NCBI GenBank assembly: GCA_965263355.1 | Contig: CBDHHL010000056.1 | Span: 1,248,001 to 1,312,000, forward strand | Length of the DNA stretch: 64,000 nt | From: Leptolyngbyaceae cyanobacterium | GTDB taxonomy: Bacteria > Cyanobacteriota > Cyanobacteriia > Phormidesmidales > Phormidesmidaceae | Direction: 5' to 3' | In this document: positions 40,914 through 51,035 of the stretch, in pieces | Numbering within the stretch: position 1 is the stretch's first letter | Layout: every line of letters begins with the position of its first letter | The notes under the pieces: generated by a model | What the model was told of the DNA's origin: nothing | Database searches by the model: none | What the model saw: the letters and a program-made list of their open reading frames with translations, nothing else | Made by a program: the position numbers and the translations under genes

Positions 40914-40930
40914 CCTGTAAACATAGATGA

Positions 40931-41257
40931 CTAATTGCAGTAGCCCTTCACCGCATCCATCAGAATAGCCCCACAGAAATTTGTCTTTTTAGTCGTCACA
41001 TTATAAAGACGGGCGTGGCGTAAATTGGCCCCTTGCAGATTAGCATGGTTGAGATTGACAGAGTCCAACTGAGCCCATCTAAGATCAGCATTACTCAAGT
41101 CCGCCCCCGCCAAATCCGCATTGCGAATGCGGACGCCTTTTAATCGACAACCTGGGCAGCGTTTAGTCACCCTCAAGGCCATTACCTTCAGCGGCGTCTC
41201 CGCCTGAAGCAACAGCAGTAAAATGACGGTAGTAAACAAAATTCGGATCAGCTTCAT
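40931..41257 (-). CDS. Pentapeptide-repeat protein
   Basis: Signal peptide, CPGC, A(D/N)Lxx repeats. Confidence 0.85.
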   Translation of the reverse strand: MKLIRILFTTVILLLLLQAETPLKVMALRVTKRCPGCRLKGVRIRNADLAGADLSNADLRWAQLDSVNLNHANLQGANLRHARLYNVTTKKTNFCGAILMDAVKGYCN

Positions 41258-41285
41258 AGCTTTCCCCCAGCCCTAAAAGAACAAC

Positions 41286-41505
41286 ATAAAATACGAGTCA
41301 ATAAACTTTAACAACAAACTATCCCTGTTGAGTGATCAATTGAAGGTGATTTCATTTGGCATGAGCATCAAGATACCGACGAGACATTTATTGTACTTGA
41401 TGGTACGCTGCGCATCGATTTTAGGGATGGCAGCGTTAGCCTCAAAACCGGTGAAATGTTTGTGGTGCCAAAGGGGGTGGAGCATAAACCCTATGCCAAA
41501 AATAA
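41286..41505 (+). pseudogene. Cupin-domain gene remnant
   Basis: [18 protein letters not shown], frameshift, then [22 protein letters not shown]…[16 protein letters not shown]; no ATG; 3' end replaced by foreign sequence. Confidence 0.75.
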
Positions 41506-41720
41506 TGTATTCACGAGTAATGCGTCCGAGGCAGCCCGAAGCAGATGGCGAAAACAAAAGCCTCTCCTAGGTAGGAAAGGCTTATACGAAATCCTGTTTG
41601 ATAGCACGGAGTAGAAGAGCCCAGGGATGCGCGGGAAAATAATGTACCCGTTAAGAGGCTTGGCGACAATTGGTTCCCCTTACGAAGGGGAGGAAATCCT
41701 ACAACACAATTTCAAACGGG
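41499..41720 (+). ncRNA. Structured non-coding element, candidate orphan IS110-family left end (bridge/seekRNA region)
   Basis: Several stems; hairpin loop AAAATAATGTA (41636-41646) is identical to the junction 41499-41509; blocks GCGTCCGAGGCAGCC and GATAGCACGGAGTAGAAG resemble IS110 non-coding ends from memory. Confidence 0.5.
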
Positions 41721-41805
41721 TATTCTATTTATTGGCAGATCCCTTACTTTATGATTGGCAGCAGACTCTCCTTTTTATTGTTCTTAAAGAGGAGAGAGTC
41801 TCTGA

Positions 41806-43923
41806 CTACTTCTTCAAGAACCACTGGGTAGGACGATAGGGATAGGCCCAATAGTAGTTATAGCTCTTAGCCGTAAATTCCTTAAAGTTACCCAGGTCAT
41901 TGCGGTGGTAAACCGGTTCAGCAGGGTTACCTACCGTACCAATAAACAAGAGATCCTGCTGAACAATATCAACAATCTCTTTACCCAAGGTGTCAGACTC
42001 AGGAGTACCCAGCGTGTACTGCTGGAACTCAGCCGACTTATCATCCAGCTCCTGCACCCAAGCAGGAGGCTCTAGCCCCTCAGCACCATCGGTTTCCAGA
42101 TACTTGGCCCAGAGATGACCGTTGCTCAGACCAAACTGATCACCAAAGGGAGCCACAAAGGGCTCACGGGAACCAACCAGTGTGGAAGAAGGATAGGACT
42201 TAGTCCAAGTCATCAAATCCAGGTCGTTAGCGACCTGACTCGCACGGTACTCGTCAGAGGTCACTTCCTTAAGTTGGACATTAATGCCAACATCATCCAG
42301 GTACTGGGCGAAGAGTTCGTGCATTTTAACAGGACCACCCTGACTGGAGTACTGCAGGTTGACTACTAGAGCACTGCCATCTAAGCGATCGCGTTTGCCA
42401 TCACCATCGGCATCCTCAAGCCCCATTTCATCCAGTAGAGCGTTAGCCTTATCAGTGCTGTACTCAGCCAGATAGTTTTTCTGCTCGTCGGTGACAAAGT
42501 TGACAGTACCGGGCTCAAAGGCAGTGTACTGAGCCGGTTCACCCAAGCCAAAGTACACCAGCTCATTCATCTCCTCACGGTTAAGTGCGTGGCTAGCTGC
42601 CTGACGGAAACGCAAGTCGCCAAAGATTTCCCGCAGACCTTCGTCCTTGTGGTTCACGTTAAAGGTGTATACCACCATAGATTCACCTACAGTTGGCACT
42701 ACATCCACTGTGTAGTCACCCTGCTCTTCATTCTGCTGTAGTACGGGAAGATCTTCACCAAAAACGGCCTGGGTCTTATAAACCGCTTCACCGTTAGAGA
42801 GCTTGAGGTTTTGTACTTCTTTTTCAGGGACGTATAGTTCGTCAATATTGCTGATGTAGGGCAGCTGCTGACCAGCAGTATCTACCTGGTGGAAGTAGGG
42901 GTTAGCCACCAGTTGACGCCCTTCAGTGGTGTCAGCAATCAGAATGTGGGACTCCAGCGTAGGCATAACAGGACGCTCTAAGGCTGCGGCCTTAGTCGCA
43001 TCCTTCAGCAAGGGAGAAGGTACATCTTTCCAGTCACTGTTACCGTAGTAGAAGTTTAGCGCCTCATCCCAGCTCTCAAAGCCAGCATCTTTAACATTTT
43101 TCTCTGCATTGGGGTCCACATCGGGGTGAAACTTACCCAGGAAGTGCTTAGGCAGGAAAGGCTGAGCGTAATCGGTGGCAAACAACGCCGTCAAACCAGG
43201 CTTGGCTTCAGCTAACGTAAAGGTAACGGTGGTCTCATCTACAGCCTCAACGGTCATGGGCTGACCCCCGACTAAGAAACGGTCGGGAGTCTCTTCGTAA
43301 ATAGTCTTATTAGAAATAACGTTGTTATACCAAAATGCCACGTCTTCAGCGGTGAAGGGCTGACCATCGGACCATTTGTGACCCTTGCGCAGATTAACGG
43401 TTAAGACGGTATAGTCATCGTTCCAGGCAAAGTCGCGGGCCACGTTGGGAACGATGGTCTGTAGGTCGTCAGCATAGCGGAAAAGGTTGACGTGACGTAC
43501 CGACAGTAGGTCAGATGTACCGGCTTCCGTTGCCTTGGAGAGACCGGTAAGGGTGCCACCATAGGCACCAATTTCGTTGTAAGGCATGACAACCAGGGGT
43601 TCTGCGGGCAGACGCTCACCCACAGCGGGTAACTTTTCGTTACCAACAATCTGTTCATTAAGAGCAGAGATTTCAGGGTTCTCACTAAAGGCCAGATCAC
43701 AGCTGCCAGCGGACTCAAGTTCGCTGAGTTCTAACTGTTGGGGGTAAGCTCCCTCAATGCCTTTTGCATCGGCTACGGTCGCCGTAGGACAGCCACCGTC
43801 AACAGTGGACGCGGTGTCAGAGGAAGAAGTACTGGTGGTGGTATCGGACCCAGTACCGCTACAGCCTACTAGGGTCAGGGCTAAGGCGGTAGCCAAGGTC
43901 GTTTTGGATGAGAAAAAGCGCAT
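41806..43923 (-). CDS. ABC substrate-binding lipoprotein, family 5 (peptide/nickel-like)
   Basis: LVGC lipobox; ERLPAEP, KWSDGQPFTAEDV, NPYFHQVD…QLPYI. Confidence 0.9.
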   Translation of the reverse strand: MRFFSSKTTLATALALTLVGCSGTGSDTTTSTSSSDTASTVDGGCPTATVADAKGIEGAYPQQLELSELESAGSCDLAFSENPEISALNEQIVGNEKLPAVGERLPAEPLVVMPYNEIGAYGGTLTGLSKATEAGTSDLLSVRHVNLFRYADDLQTIVPNVARDFAWNDDYTVLTVNLRKGHKWSDGQPFTAEDVAFWYNNVISNKTIYEETPDRFLVGGQPMTVEAVDETTVTFTLAEAKPGLTALFATDYAQPFLPKHFLGKFHPDVDPNAEKNVKDAGFESWDEALNFYYGNSDWKDVPSPLLKDATKAAALERPVMPTLESHILIADTTEGRQLVANPYFHQVDTAGQQLPYISNIDELYVPEKEVQNLKLSNGEAVYKTQAVFGEDLPVLQQNEEQGDYTVDVVPTVGESMVVYTFNVNHKDEGLREIFGDLRFRQAASHALNREEMNELVYFGLGEPAQYTAFEPGTVNFVTDEQKNYLAEYSTDKANALLDEMGLEDADGDGKRDRLDGSALVVNLQYSSQGGPVKMHELFAQYLDDVGINVQLKEVTSDEYRASQVANDLDLMTWTKSYPSSTLVGSREPFVAPFGDQFGLSNGHLWAKYLETDGAEGLEPPAWVQELDDKSAEFQQYTLGTPESDTLGKEIVDIVQQDLLFIGTVGNPAEPVYHRNDLGNFKEFTAKSYNYYWAYPYRPTQWFLKK

Positions 43924-43930
43924 GGTGCTT

Positions 43931-44821
43931 CTAGGATGTAGTTGTACGTGTTAACGGTTCGTTTGTAGGGGCGGGGGGCTGGTGCTGAGGTGAACGCTTG
44001 GGTGGAGCAGCTGTATAGCCAGGTACAGGAATGTCTGCCATGGCATCAGAGACGGTGATGCCAAGTAGGTTACAGAGGAGGGGCGCGATCGCAAGCTGAC
44101 TCAGCTCATCTCGATGTACCCCTGGTTCAAATCCAGAACCCAGGCAGAATAGCGGTGTTTCCCGTACATCCGGCAGCGGACCACCATGATTTTTATCAGC
44201 ATTCATGCCATGGTCAGCGGTAATTACAACGGTGTAACCAGCCGATTGCCAGCGAGGCACATATTGGGCCAACAGACTATCCATAGCGATGGTGCGATTG
44301 CGATACTCCGACGACTCACCGCCAAAACAATGGCCAGCGTAGTCAATCCCCATGGGATGCACCAACATAAAATCAGGCTGACAACCGAGCCTTAGCATCT
44401 CACCATCGGCAAACAAATGGGAGTCTGGATAATCGTCAGACCAATAAAACAGTCCATGCTGAATTGGCTGCCGAATATTGTGTTGTTGTCGTTCCGTAAA
44501 TGGATCAAAGGGCGACCCATTGTAAAGTTCACTAAACCAAGAGTAAGCAGCAGCAGCTGTTGTTAAACCATGGTTCACAGCCAAGTGAAACACACTTTCT
44601 TGATCAGATAGCCGCACCACCTCATTAGCCGTAATACCGCTAACAGATGTGGGCACCCCAGTCAACAACACTTCATATAATGGTCGAGATAGCGTGGGCA
44701 ACTCCGCCTTCACCTTGTAAAGACTAGCCTTTTTTATCTCCACCAAGTGAGTCAAGTATCCCATTGAGGTTTGAGCGACATCAAAACGCAAACCATCTAA
44801 AATAATGAGAATGACACCCAT
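43931..44821 (-). CDS. Alkaline phosphatase superfamily (nucleotide pyrophosphatase/phosphodiesterase-like) protein
   Basis: IILDGLR, PTLSRP, GIDYAGH, TADHGM. Confidence 0.85.
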   Translation of the reverse strand: MGVILIILDGLRFDVAQTSMGYLTHLVEIKKASLYKVKAELPTLSRPLYEVLLTGVPTSVSGITANEVVRLSDQESVFHLAVNHGLTTAAAAYSWFSELYNGSPFDPFTERQQHNIRQPIQHGLFYWSDDYPDSHLFADGEMLRLGCQPDFMLVHPMGIDYAGHCFGGESSEYRNRTIAMDSLLAQYVPRWQSAGYTVVITADHGMNADKNHGGPLPDVRETPLFCLGSGFEPGVHRDELSQLAIAPLLCNLLGITVSDAMADIPVPGYTAAPPKRSPQHQPPAPTNEPLTRTTTS

Positions 44822-44946
44822 ACTTATGTCAGGCTGACAACAAAACAGTCTGCGGCAAAATTTGACATACTGCTCTTAAGATTTACCTTAAGGGTAGTGT
44901 GCAAGACAGAACTCCCTGCTCACACTAATACAGCTGATAGTTAGAT

Positions 44947-44965
44947 AGGTTAAAAGCGGGTTAAA
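44947..44965 (-). promoter_or_regulatory. Pho box (SphR-type), two repeats
   Basis: Minus strand TTTAACCC-GCT-TTTAACCT, 11-bp period. Confidence 0.5.
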
Positions 44966-44989
44966 CTGTGGCTAATAACAAGAGAACCC

Positions 44990-45706
44990 ATGCGCCAAGA
45001 TGCCTTACCCCTCTACCTTCAAATTGCTGACGAGCTGCGACGTAACATCGAAGAATCGGTGTTTAATGTCGGAGACCAGCTGCCAACAGAACTAGAACTC
45101 AGCAAACGGTTTGGGGTGCATCGTCACACCCTGCGACGGGCTGTAGACGTCCTACGGCAAGAAGGTCTTGTGGATGTGGAACGGGGGCGTGGCACCTTTG
45201 TGGTGGCTCCCATTGCCTTGCCAATTGGCAAGCGCGTTCGTTTTAACGAAGCCCTCAAAGCGCAGTCCTTAACCCCCACCTGGCAGGTGCTGCGAATTAT
45301 TGAAATCAAGGTTGATCCTAAGCTTTCAAAGCATTTGGAGTTAGAGTTGGGGGCACCTGTCGTTTTGTATGAACGTTTAGCACTGATTGACAATCTTCCC
45401 ATCGACATTAGCAGCAGTTACTTCCCTGGTGAGCGATTTCCACAACTCTCAACCCATTGTGAAACCTATCGCTCCATTTCCCAGATGCTGATGAAAGAAT
45501 ATAACTGTGACCACCTACGTCGGTCCACACGGATTTCTGCTCGGGTGGCTCGCCCCCGCGATGCTCGTCTGCTAAAGATGCCAGCCAACAGCCCCATTTT
45601 GTTGTCAGAGTCGATTAACGTCGATCAGTCTGGTACCGTCATTGAGTACGGCGTGACTCGTTTTCGAGGCGATCGCATGGAGCTGGTGATGGGGCACGAT
45701 GTGTAG
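44990..45706 (+). CDS. phnF: GntR/HutC-family phosphonate regulator PhnF
   Basis: PLYLQIA…LPTELEL…RHTLRRAV wHTH + UTRA (TRFRGDR); adjacent to phnCDE. Confidence 0.88.
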   Translation: MRQDALPLYLQIADELRRNIEESVFNVGDQLPTELELSKRFGVHRHTLRRAVDVLRQEGLVDVERGRGTFVVAPIALPIGKRVRFNEALKAQSLTPTWQVLRIIEIKVDPKLSKHLELELGAPVVLYERLALIDNLPIDISSSYFPGERFPQLSTHCETYRSISQMLMKEYNCDHLRRSTRISARVARPRDARLLKMPANSPILLSESINVDQSGTVIEYGVTRFRGDRMELVMGHDV

Positions 45707-45839
45707 AGAGCCAGCAAGCGTTAGTAGTTTCAATCACATCGATTAGGATTTCAACGACAGGTTAAGACTCTTGGCTTAGGTGAAAGATCTACCCCTCAAG
45801 AGTTACAACAGATTATTGACAGAATCTAAACCTTTAACC

Positions 45840-45869
45840 CTTAACCTTTGCTTATCCAAATATTAATCT
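45840..45869 (+). promoter_or_regulatory. Pho box (SphR-type), three repeats
   Basis: CTTAACCT-TTG-CTTATCCA-AAT-ATTAATCT. Confidence 0.65.
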
Positions 45870-45928
45870 ACCTTGGTTTATCTCTTAAGCTGCTAACGAT
45901 GACAATTACTAGTGGACGTTTCTAGTTA

Positions 45929-45946
45929 TAGATGTCTATACATCTA
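45929..45946. promoter_or_regulatory. Putative PhnF operator
   Basis: Palindrome TAGATGTCTATACATCTA with HutC-type GT.TA.AC core. Confidence 0.65.
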
Positions 45947-46072
45947 AAGGGAGCCCTCCGATTACTTTACTGATAATTGACCTGGACTAAAGGGGATTTC
46001 CTGATTGGATGTCATTTCGTATATGTCATCTCGCACAATCCGCACAAAGTTATTGAATCCGGCAGAGACGCA

Positions 46073-46906
46073 ATGCAATCAGTCGCAGAAGTTAATTCGA
46101 ATATGGCATCTACGCAGTCTGCTGTGCAGGTGATGGGTTTATCAAAGGCGTTTAAGGGACGGCCCGCTTTGCGGGATGTCAGTATGCAAGTTATTGCAGG
46201 TGAAATGGTCGCTCTAGTCGGTGCATCTGGCTCTGGAAAATCTACGTTGCTGCGCAATCTCAACGGGCTACAGCAGGCAGACAAAGGCAGCGTGGAAATA
46301 TTTGGCAACGTCTTACAGCTAGAGGGTGAACTCCATTCAAAAGCGCGTCAGATTCGTAGTCAAGTTGGATTTATTTTTCAGCAGTTTAATTTAGTGAACC
46401 GCTTGACAGCATTAGAAAATGTGCTGGTCGGTAATCTGTCTCAGGTCTCCCTGTGGCGTTCCTTGGTCCGCAACTTTACCAAGGCAGAAAAAATGCGCGC
46501 CTTGTCCGCCCTGGAGCGAGTCGGCATTTTAGACCAGGCCCATAAGCGGGCTTCGGCCCTCTCGGGTGGTCAGCAGCAGCGTGTTGCCATTGCTCGCTGT
46601 TTGATGCAGGGAGCCAAAATAATTTTGGCCGATGAGCCGATTGCATCCCTGGATCCAGACTCGGCCCGTAAGGTGATGGAACTATTAACCAGCCTGAATG
46701 AAGAACAGGGCATTACAGTGGTTACGTCACTGCACCAGGTGCAGGTGGTACAGCGTTATTTCAAGCGTTCCGTCGCCCTCCGCCAGGGTGAGGTTTGCTT
46801 TGATGGTTATACAGTTGATTTAGATGCAGCCCGCCTCAACAGCATCTATGGTTCAGCTGCTGAAGAGCTGGTAATGAGCGGTCACAGTGAGGTATTTACA
46901 AACTGA
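46073..46906 (+). CDS. phnC: Phosphonate ABC transporter ATPase
   Basis: GASGSGKS, FQQFNLVNRL, LSGGQQQRVAIAR, ADEPIASLDP. Confidence 0.9.
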   Translation: MQSVAEVNSNMASTQSAVQVMGLSKAFKGRPALRDVSMQVIAGEMVALVGASGSGKSTLLRNLNGLQQADKGSVEIFGNVLQLEGELHSKARQIRSQVGFIFQQFNLVNRLTALENVLVGNLSQVSLWRSLVRNFTKAEKMRALSALERVGILDQAHKRASALSGGQQQRVAIARCLMQGAKIILADEPIASLDPDSARKVMELLTSLNEEQGITVVTSLHQVQVVQRYFKRSVALRQGEVCFDGYTVDLDAARLNSIYGSAAEELVMSGHSEVFTN

Positions 46907-46989
46907 CACCAAGCTGACAACCGTTCATTGCCTGGGGTTCTCCCACACACGGTTACAAAAAACGGATAGGATCAAAGGAACACAAAATT

Positions 46990-48057
46990 ATGACTATTAA
47001 CTCCTTGCGTCGATTCGCATCTTTGCTGGCGGCTTCCACTATGATGGTCAGCACTCTAGCTGCTTGTAGCGGTGCTGGCGATGTTGTTGAAACAACAACT
47101 GATGCTGTAGAAGATGCAGCTACTGCAGTAACTGAAGGTGGCACTTGTGCTGCTGATATTAAAGAAATTGAGTTTGGTATTCTCTCCACTGAGTCTGCTG
47201 ACAACCTTAAGCCTAAGTGGGAGCCCCTTTTGGCTGATATGACTGATGCTGTGGGTCGTCCTGTTAAAGGTTTCTACGCCACTGACTATGCGGGTGTAAT
47301 CGAAGGTATGGGTGCTGGCAAAGTCCAGGTTGCTTGGTACGGTGGTAAGTCTTACATCGAAGCCGCTGAGCGTTCTGATGCTGAAGCCTTTGCTCAGACC
47401 GTATCTTTAGACGGTTCCAAAGGTTACTACTCTCACCTAATCACTAATAAAGAAAACCCCATTGTTGGTGAGATCGACCTTGAAGCAGGCGATGGCGACA
47501 AGTATGTGATTGAGAATGCGGCTGATTTAACCTTTGCATTCAACGACCCCAACTCCACCTCTGGATTCTTGGTTCCTACTTACTACGTATTTGCTCAGCA
47601 AGGTGCTAATGCTGACAAGATTTTCAAAGAGTTAGTATTTGCTGGTAGCCATGAAGCAACAGCTCTAGCTATTTCTGAGAATCAAGTGGACGTTGCAACT
47701 AACAATAATGAGAGCTTAGGCCGGCTCAAAGATACATCTCCCGATGCCCTTGAGAAGATTCAGATCATCTGGACCTCTCCCGTAATTCCCAGTGATCCTA
47801 TTGCTTATCGTAAGGATCTGCCCGATTGCTTGAAGGATTCCATCAAGGACTTCTTTGTTGGTTATGACAACCAGGAAGTCATGGAAGGGCTACAGTGGTC
47901 TGGCCTTGATGCTGCCAAGGATGAGGACTGGAATACTATCCGCGAGTTGCAAATCGCTAAGGACCTTCTAGAAGTTCAGAACGATGAGAACTTGAGCGAT
48001 GCTGACAAGCAAACCAAGCTAGATGAGCTTAACAAAAAGCTTGAAGCGCTGAAGTAG
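46990..48057 (+). CDS. phnD: Phosphonate ABC transporter substrate-binding lipoprotein
   Basis: LAAC lipobox; ATDYAGVIE, DPNSTSGFLVP, GSHE, ATNN. Confidence 0.92.
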   Translation: MTINSLRRFASLLAASTMMVSTLAACSGAGDVVETTTDAVEDAATAVTEGGTCAADIKEIEFGILSTESADNLKPKWEPLLADMTDAVGRPVKGFYATDYAGVIEGMGAGKVQVAWYGGKSYIEAAERSDAEAFAQTVSLDGSKGYYSHLITNKENPIVGEIDLEAGDGDKYVIENAADLTFAFNDPNSTSGFLVPTYYVFAQQGANADKIFKELVFAGSHEATALAISENQVDVATNNNESLGRLKDTSPDALEKIQIIWTSPVIPSDPIAYRKDLPDCLKDSIKDFFVGYDNQEVMEGLQWSGLDAAKDEDWNTIRELQIAKDLLEVQNDENLSDADKQTKLDELNKKLEALK

Positions 48058-48314
48058 GGTGCCAACTTAAAGCGGAAAGTTTTCCCAAGGATAGACGTCA
48101 GAAGTCAGGAGCCAGAAGCAATATCCCTGCTGAAGTCTGGCTCCTGGATTCTAGATTCCTACTTAACCAGAATTTTTCGGTTTGAGTGGATACTCCTTGA
48201 GTAAACTCTTTCACTGAAGATCTGAAGATCTTACTTTCCTGAAATGTGCGGCATAGGCAGCCCATAGGCTGCCTGTGTTTTCTTAAGTTATGTTCAAGTT
48301 TTTCTATCCCAACT

Positions 48315-49244
48315 ATGTCTAAGTCGGTAGTTGCTTCCCAAACCTACGATAATGGTGTCGTGTCAGCTGACGTGATGCGGGTCTTGGCTGAAGAGAAAAA
48401 ACTGGTCACGCCTACGCGGATTGTGTGGTTGCTGGTTGCGATCGCAGTCCTTATCTACTCTGCCCAGGTCAGCGAACTGAGTTTTGGTGAGTTGTTCCAG
48501 GGTAGTGGCAATATGGCAGAATACATCTCTCGCTATTATCCTCCAGATTTCACCGATGCTGGTTTTCCCAAGTTTCGTCCCGAAAAATGTCCGACCTCGG
48601 ATATTGCCATGGGGTTGTTGGGGACCAATCAGCTACTTTGTATCCCTACTCAAGGCTATATTTTCGACATTATAGAAACCATTGGTATGGGGGTGTGGGG
48701 AACATTAATGGCTGCCATTGTGGCAGTCCCATTGAGTGTGGTTGCCGCTGAAAATATTGCGCCGTTGAGCTTAGTATTTATTGTTCGGCGATTTCTAGAT
48801 GCCATGCGTGCCATTAATGAAATTGTTTTTGCCCTGGTTTTTATTGTGGCAGTTGGTCTGGGGCCTTTTGCTGGTGTACTAGCATTATTTGTCCATACGG
48901 CAGGAACCTTGGGTAAGTTGTTTTCTGAAGCCATTGAAGCCATTGAGCCAGGTCCTGTAGAAGGCATTCGCTCAACAGGCGCTTCTAAATTACAAGAGGT
49001 TATCTTTGGTGTCCTGCCTCAGGTGATGCCTTTGTGGACGTCATTTACCCTTTATCGGTTTGAGGCGAATGTTAGATCGGCTTCTGTATTAGGAATTGTT
49101 GGTGCAGGTGGGATTGGTGTTTCACTAATTCAAAGTTTCCGTGGATTCAAATACGGAAAAGTTGCAGCTATTTTGCTGCTTCTCATCATTGCCGTAGGCA
49201 TTATCGATACGGTTTCATCTAAGATTCGCCAACGTTTAATCTAG
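48315..49244 (+). CDS. phnE: Phosphonate ABC transporter permease
   Basis: GLGPFAGVLAL, GKLFSEAIE, YRFEANVRSASVLGIVGAGGIG. Confidence 0.92.
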   Translation: MSKSVVASQTYDNGVVSADVMRVLAEEKKLVTPTRIVWLLVAIAVLIYSAQVSELSFGELFQGSGNMAEYISRYYPPDFTDAGFPKFRPEKCPTSDIAMGLLGTNQLLCIPTQGYIFDIIETIGMGVWGTLMAAIVAVPLSVVAAENIAPLSLVFIVRRFLDAMRAINEIVFALVFIVAVGLGPFAGVLALFVHTAGTLGKLFSEAIEAIEPGPVEGIRSTGASKLQEVIFGVLPQVMPLWTSFTLYRFEANVRSASVLGIVGAGGIGVSLIQSFRGFKYGKVAAILLLLIIAVGIIDTVSSKIRQRLI

Positions 49245-49259
49245 AGGAAAAAAAGGTCT

Positions 49260-49306
49260 GGCTCCCCTTCTCCCAATCCTGGGAGAAGGGGCTGGGGGAT
49301 GAGGGC
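49260..49306. repeat. Cyanobacterial dispersed palindromic repeat
   Basis: CCCCTTCTCCCA-ATCC-TGGGAGAAGGGG followed by CTGGGGGATGAGGG. Confidence 0.6.
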
Positions 49307-49464
49307 CTTCGATCATGACACAACTCTCCAACTTATGTATACACAGTAGACAAAATTAGGGGTTTTGATCAGGGGTTGAAAAATCTCAAATATGAGAAAT
49401 TACTAGCTGTTGAAACCTGTAGTTTCTTCTACGGTAAAGCTACAGTTCTGAGCCTAGACAAGGC

Positions 49465-50289
49465 TTAAATAATTCTCTTACGAATCACGCTGGATACCTG
49501 TTCGACGAGAAGAACAACCACAAAGATCACAATGATCACCATCAGGGCTTCGTCATAGCGCAAGAGTTGCATTGAGGTAGATAGCTCCACACCAATGCCC
49601 CCAGCCCCCACTAAGCCTAAAACCACCGCAGATCTCACAGAGGCCTCTAAGGCAAACAAAGTAGACGCAACAAATGATGGCAATGTGGTTGGGAAAATTG
49701 CCCCCATAATAATGCTGGCTTCTGACGCACCAATGGCCCTGAGTGCCTCGACGGGACCCGGTTCAATTTCCTCAATACGCTCAGCAAAGAACTTACCACA
49801 AAACCCCATGGTGTCTACGGTTAGGGCCATGATGCCAGCGGCTGGCCCTAACCCAACAACAATGATAAAAATAAGTCCCCAGATCAGGTCGGGAATCACT
49901 CGCAACAGAGTGACTAAACTGCGGCTTAGGGAAAATACCCAGGGATAAGGGGTGGTGTTTTTGGCCGCCAAAATAGAGAGAGGTAAGCTGAGTAACGCCC
50001 CAAAAACAGTGCCGACCAGGGCCATTTCAAATGTCTCTAGGGTGGAGCGAATGACACTACCTAAACGAGCTGGATTGGGGGGTAGGGCCTGATCTAGAAA
50101 GTTCCACAGACGAAAGAAACCTTGCCAAATTCTGTTGGGGGTTAGTTCACTAATCCATAGACCGTGGGTAAAAAATGCAAAACACACTAATATCCCGACA
50201 AATGCCAATGGTGACGGTTTTTGCCACCGGGGCGGGGCTGTGTGTGGAAAGGCTTCGTGCTCAGGCTGAGACGGGCTGGGATGAGTCAT
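49465..50289 (-). CDS. phnE: Second PhnE-type permease
   Basis: GLGPAAGIMAL, GKFFAERIE, EASVRSAVVLGLVGAGGIG. Confidence 0.85.
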   Translation of the reverse strand: MTHPSPSQPEHEAFPHTAPPRWQKPSPLAFVGILVCFAFFTHGLWISELTPNRIWQGFFRLWNFLDQALPPNPARLGSVIRSTLETFEMALVGTVFGALLSLPLSILAAKNTTPYPWVFSLSRSLVTLLRVIPDLIWGLIFIIVVGLGPAAGIMALTVDTMGFCGKFFAERIEEIEPGPVEALRAIGASEASIIMGAIFPTTLPSFVASTLFALEASVRSAVVLGLVGAGGIGVELSTSMQLLRYDEALMVIIVIFVVVLLVEQVSSVIRKRII

Positions 50290-51022
50290 AGAGCCAGCGT
50301 AGTTCTTGATCAGTTAATTGATGGGTGGGTGCATCAATGTGCACCTCTCCGTTGCGCAAACCAATGATGCGGTTAGCATAGTCCTTGGCAAGATCTAGCT
50401 GATGTAAGGTGCAGACTACGGTGAGCTGACGCTCTTGAACAATTTCCCACAGCAAATCCATCACCTCTCGGCCTGACTTGGGGTCGAGACTAGCAACAGG
50501 TTCATCCACCAAAAGTAAACTTGGATCTTGCATCAGCATACGTGCGATCGCAACCCGTTGTTGTTGTCCACCAGAAAGCGTATCCACACGTTGTTTCGCC
50601 AAGTGGGCCAGATTAACCCGTGCCAAACACTGCATTGCCCGCTCACGTTCTAGCTGTGGTGCAGTGGCCGGAAACCAATAACGCGGTCCCTTACTACGCC
50701 CTAATGCCCCTTGCAAAACATTGTGAAACGCACTCAAACTAGAGACCAAATTAAAATGCTGAAAAACCATGCCAATTTGGCGACGCAGCTGTCTCAGCTT
50801 TGGGGCACTAGCAGTTTCAATTGCCGCATCTCCGATCTGGATGCTGCCCTCAGCAAACGTCTCTAGGCCCACAATACAACGCAGCAGTGTAGACTTTCCA
50901 GAGCCGTTCGCCCCTAACAGCACAATCCCCTCTCCTGGCTGAGCCGAAAAACTCACATTTTTGAGAGCAATTGTGCCATTGCCATAAGTTTTCGACAATT
51001 GACGAACGGCTAGGGAAAGCAT
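50261..51022 (-). CDS. phnC: Second PhnC-type ATPase
   Basis: GANGSGKS, LSGGQQQRVAIAR, DEPVASLDP. Confidence 0.85.
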   Translation of the reverse strand: MLSLAVRQLSKTYGNGTIALKNVSFSAQPGEGIVLLGANGSGKSTLLRCIVGLETFAEGSIQIGDAAIETASAPKLRQLRRQIGMVFQHFNLVSSLSAFHNVLQGALGRSKGPRYWFPATAPQLERERAMQCLARVNLAHLAKQRVDTLSGGQQQRVAIARMLMQDPSLLLVDEPVASLDPKSGREVMDLLWEIVQERQLTVVCTLHQLDLAKDYANRIIGLRNGEVHIDAPTHQLTDQELRWLYDSSQPVSA

Positions 51023-51035
51023 CAGTTAATCCCCC

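Noticed and set aside
41499..41720. Group II intron
   Set aside because: No GTGCG 5' end, domain V or RT ORF seen; cannot be fully excluded as a fragment
41328..41839. ORFs 41328..41570, 41336..41557 and 41627..41839
   Set aside because: Off-frame shadows of the cupin remnant and the structured non-coding element
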